Source: a virus
Direction: 5' to 3' (one strand)
Length of the DNA stretch: 64,000 nt
IMG/VR virus record: IMGVR_UViG_3300017991_000003
Location: 96,001 to 160,000 of that record
This document shows, one piece after another, positions 63,989 through 64,000 of the stretch (its first letter is position 1; the number at the start of each line of letters is the position of its first letter). The notes under the pieces were generated by a model that did no database searches, was not told where the DNA came from, and was given only the letters and a program-made list of their open reading frames with translations. Position numbers and translations under genes: made by a program.

Positions 63989-64000
63989 ATTTTTAGCCTC

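Noticed and set aside
1-64000. CRISPR array, rRNA, insertion sequence, diversity-generating retroelement
   Set aside because: No regularly spaced direct repeats, no transposase or reverse-transcriptase motifs (YxDD), and no rRNA-like sequence noticed; direct repeats below about 30 bp could have been missed by eye.
1-64000. Eukaryotic-virus interpretation prompted by Kozak-like ACCATG start contexts
   Set aside because: The sigma-70-family factor, bacterial lipobox signal peptides, ATGA/GTGA operon overlaps, hairpin plus T-tract terminators and Shine-Dalgarno sites at some genes all indicate a bacterial virus.

Overview
High-GC window (by eye roughly 60-65% GC, not computed) that reads as one contiguous bacteriophage-like genome segment. 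Genes are densely packed in alternating strand blocks, with many ATGA/GTGA start-stop overlaps and frequent GTG starts. No integrase, transposase, rRNA or CRISPR array was seen. Motif-based functional calls (no database search was possible): a sigma-70-family sigma factor, flavin-dependent thymidylate synthase ThyX, a DnaQ-like 3'-5' exonuclease, a calcineurin-like metallophosphoesterase, a SpoT/Mesh1-like HD alarmone hydrolase, a GroES-like protein, two XRE-family HTH regulators, several lipoproteins, two tRNA-Leu genes (anticodons TAG and CAA), very large S/T/P-rich fibre-like proteins, and a 4.5-kb island of glycosyltransferase, sulfotransferase and SAM-methyltransferase genes. Most other ORFs have no assignable function. 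The non-coding layer is unusually organised: a 23-bp palindromic element in 6 copies, a promoter-like motif (coding strand G[G/T]CAT[A/G]AGTC) 33-70 bp upstream of at least 10 start codons, a 42-bp leader cassette duplicated exactly upstream of two operons with a covarying hairpin in a third copy, and hairpin terminators at convergent junctions. The best candidates for something new are the glycan-tailoring island (possibly acting on the S/T/P-rich fibre protein) and the repeated regulatory architecture, possibly tied to the phage-encoded sigma factor. Coordinates of CDSs come from the ORF track with starts re-set by codon counting; coordinates of short DNA motifs were read by eye and may be off by 1-2 nt.
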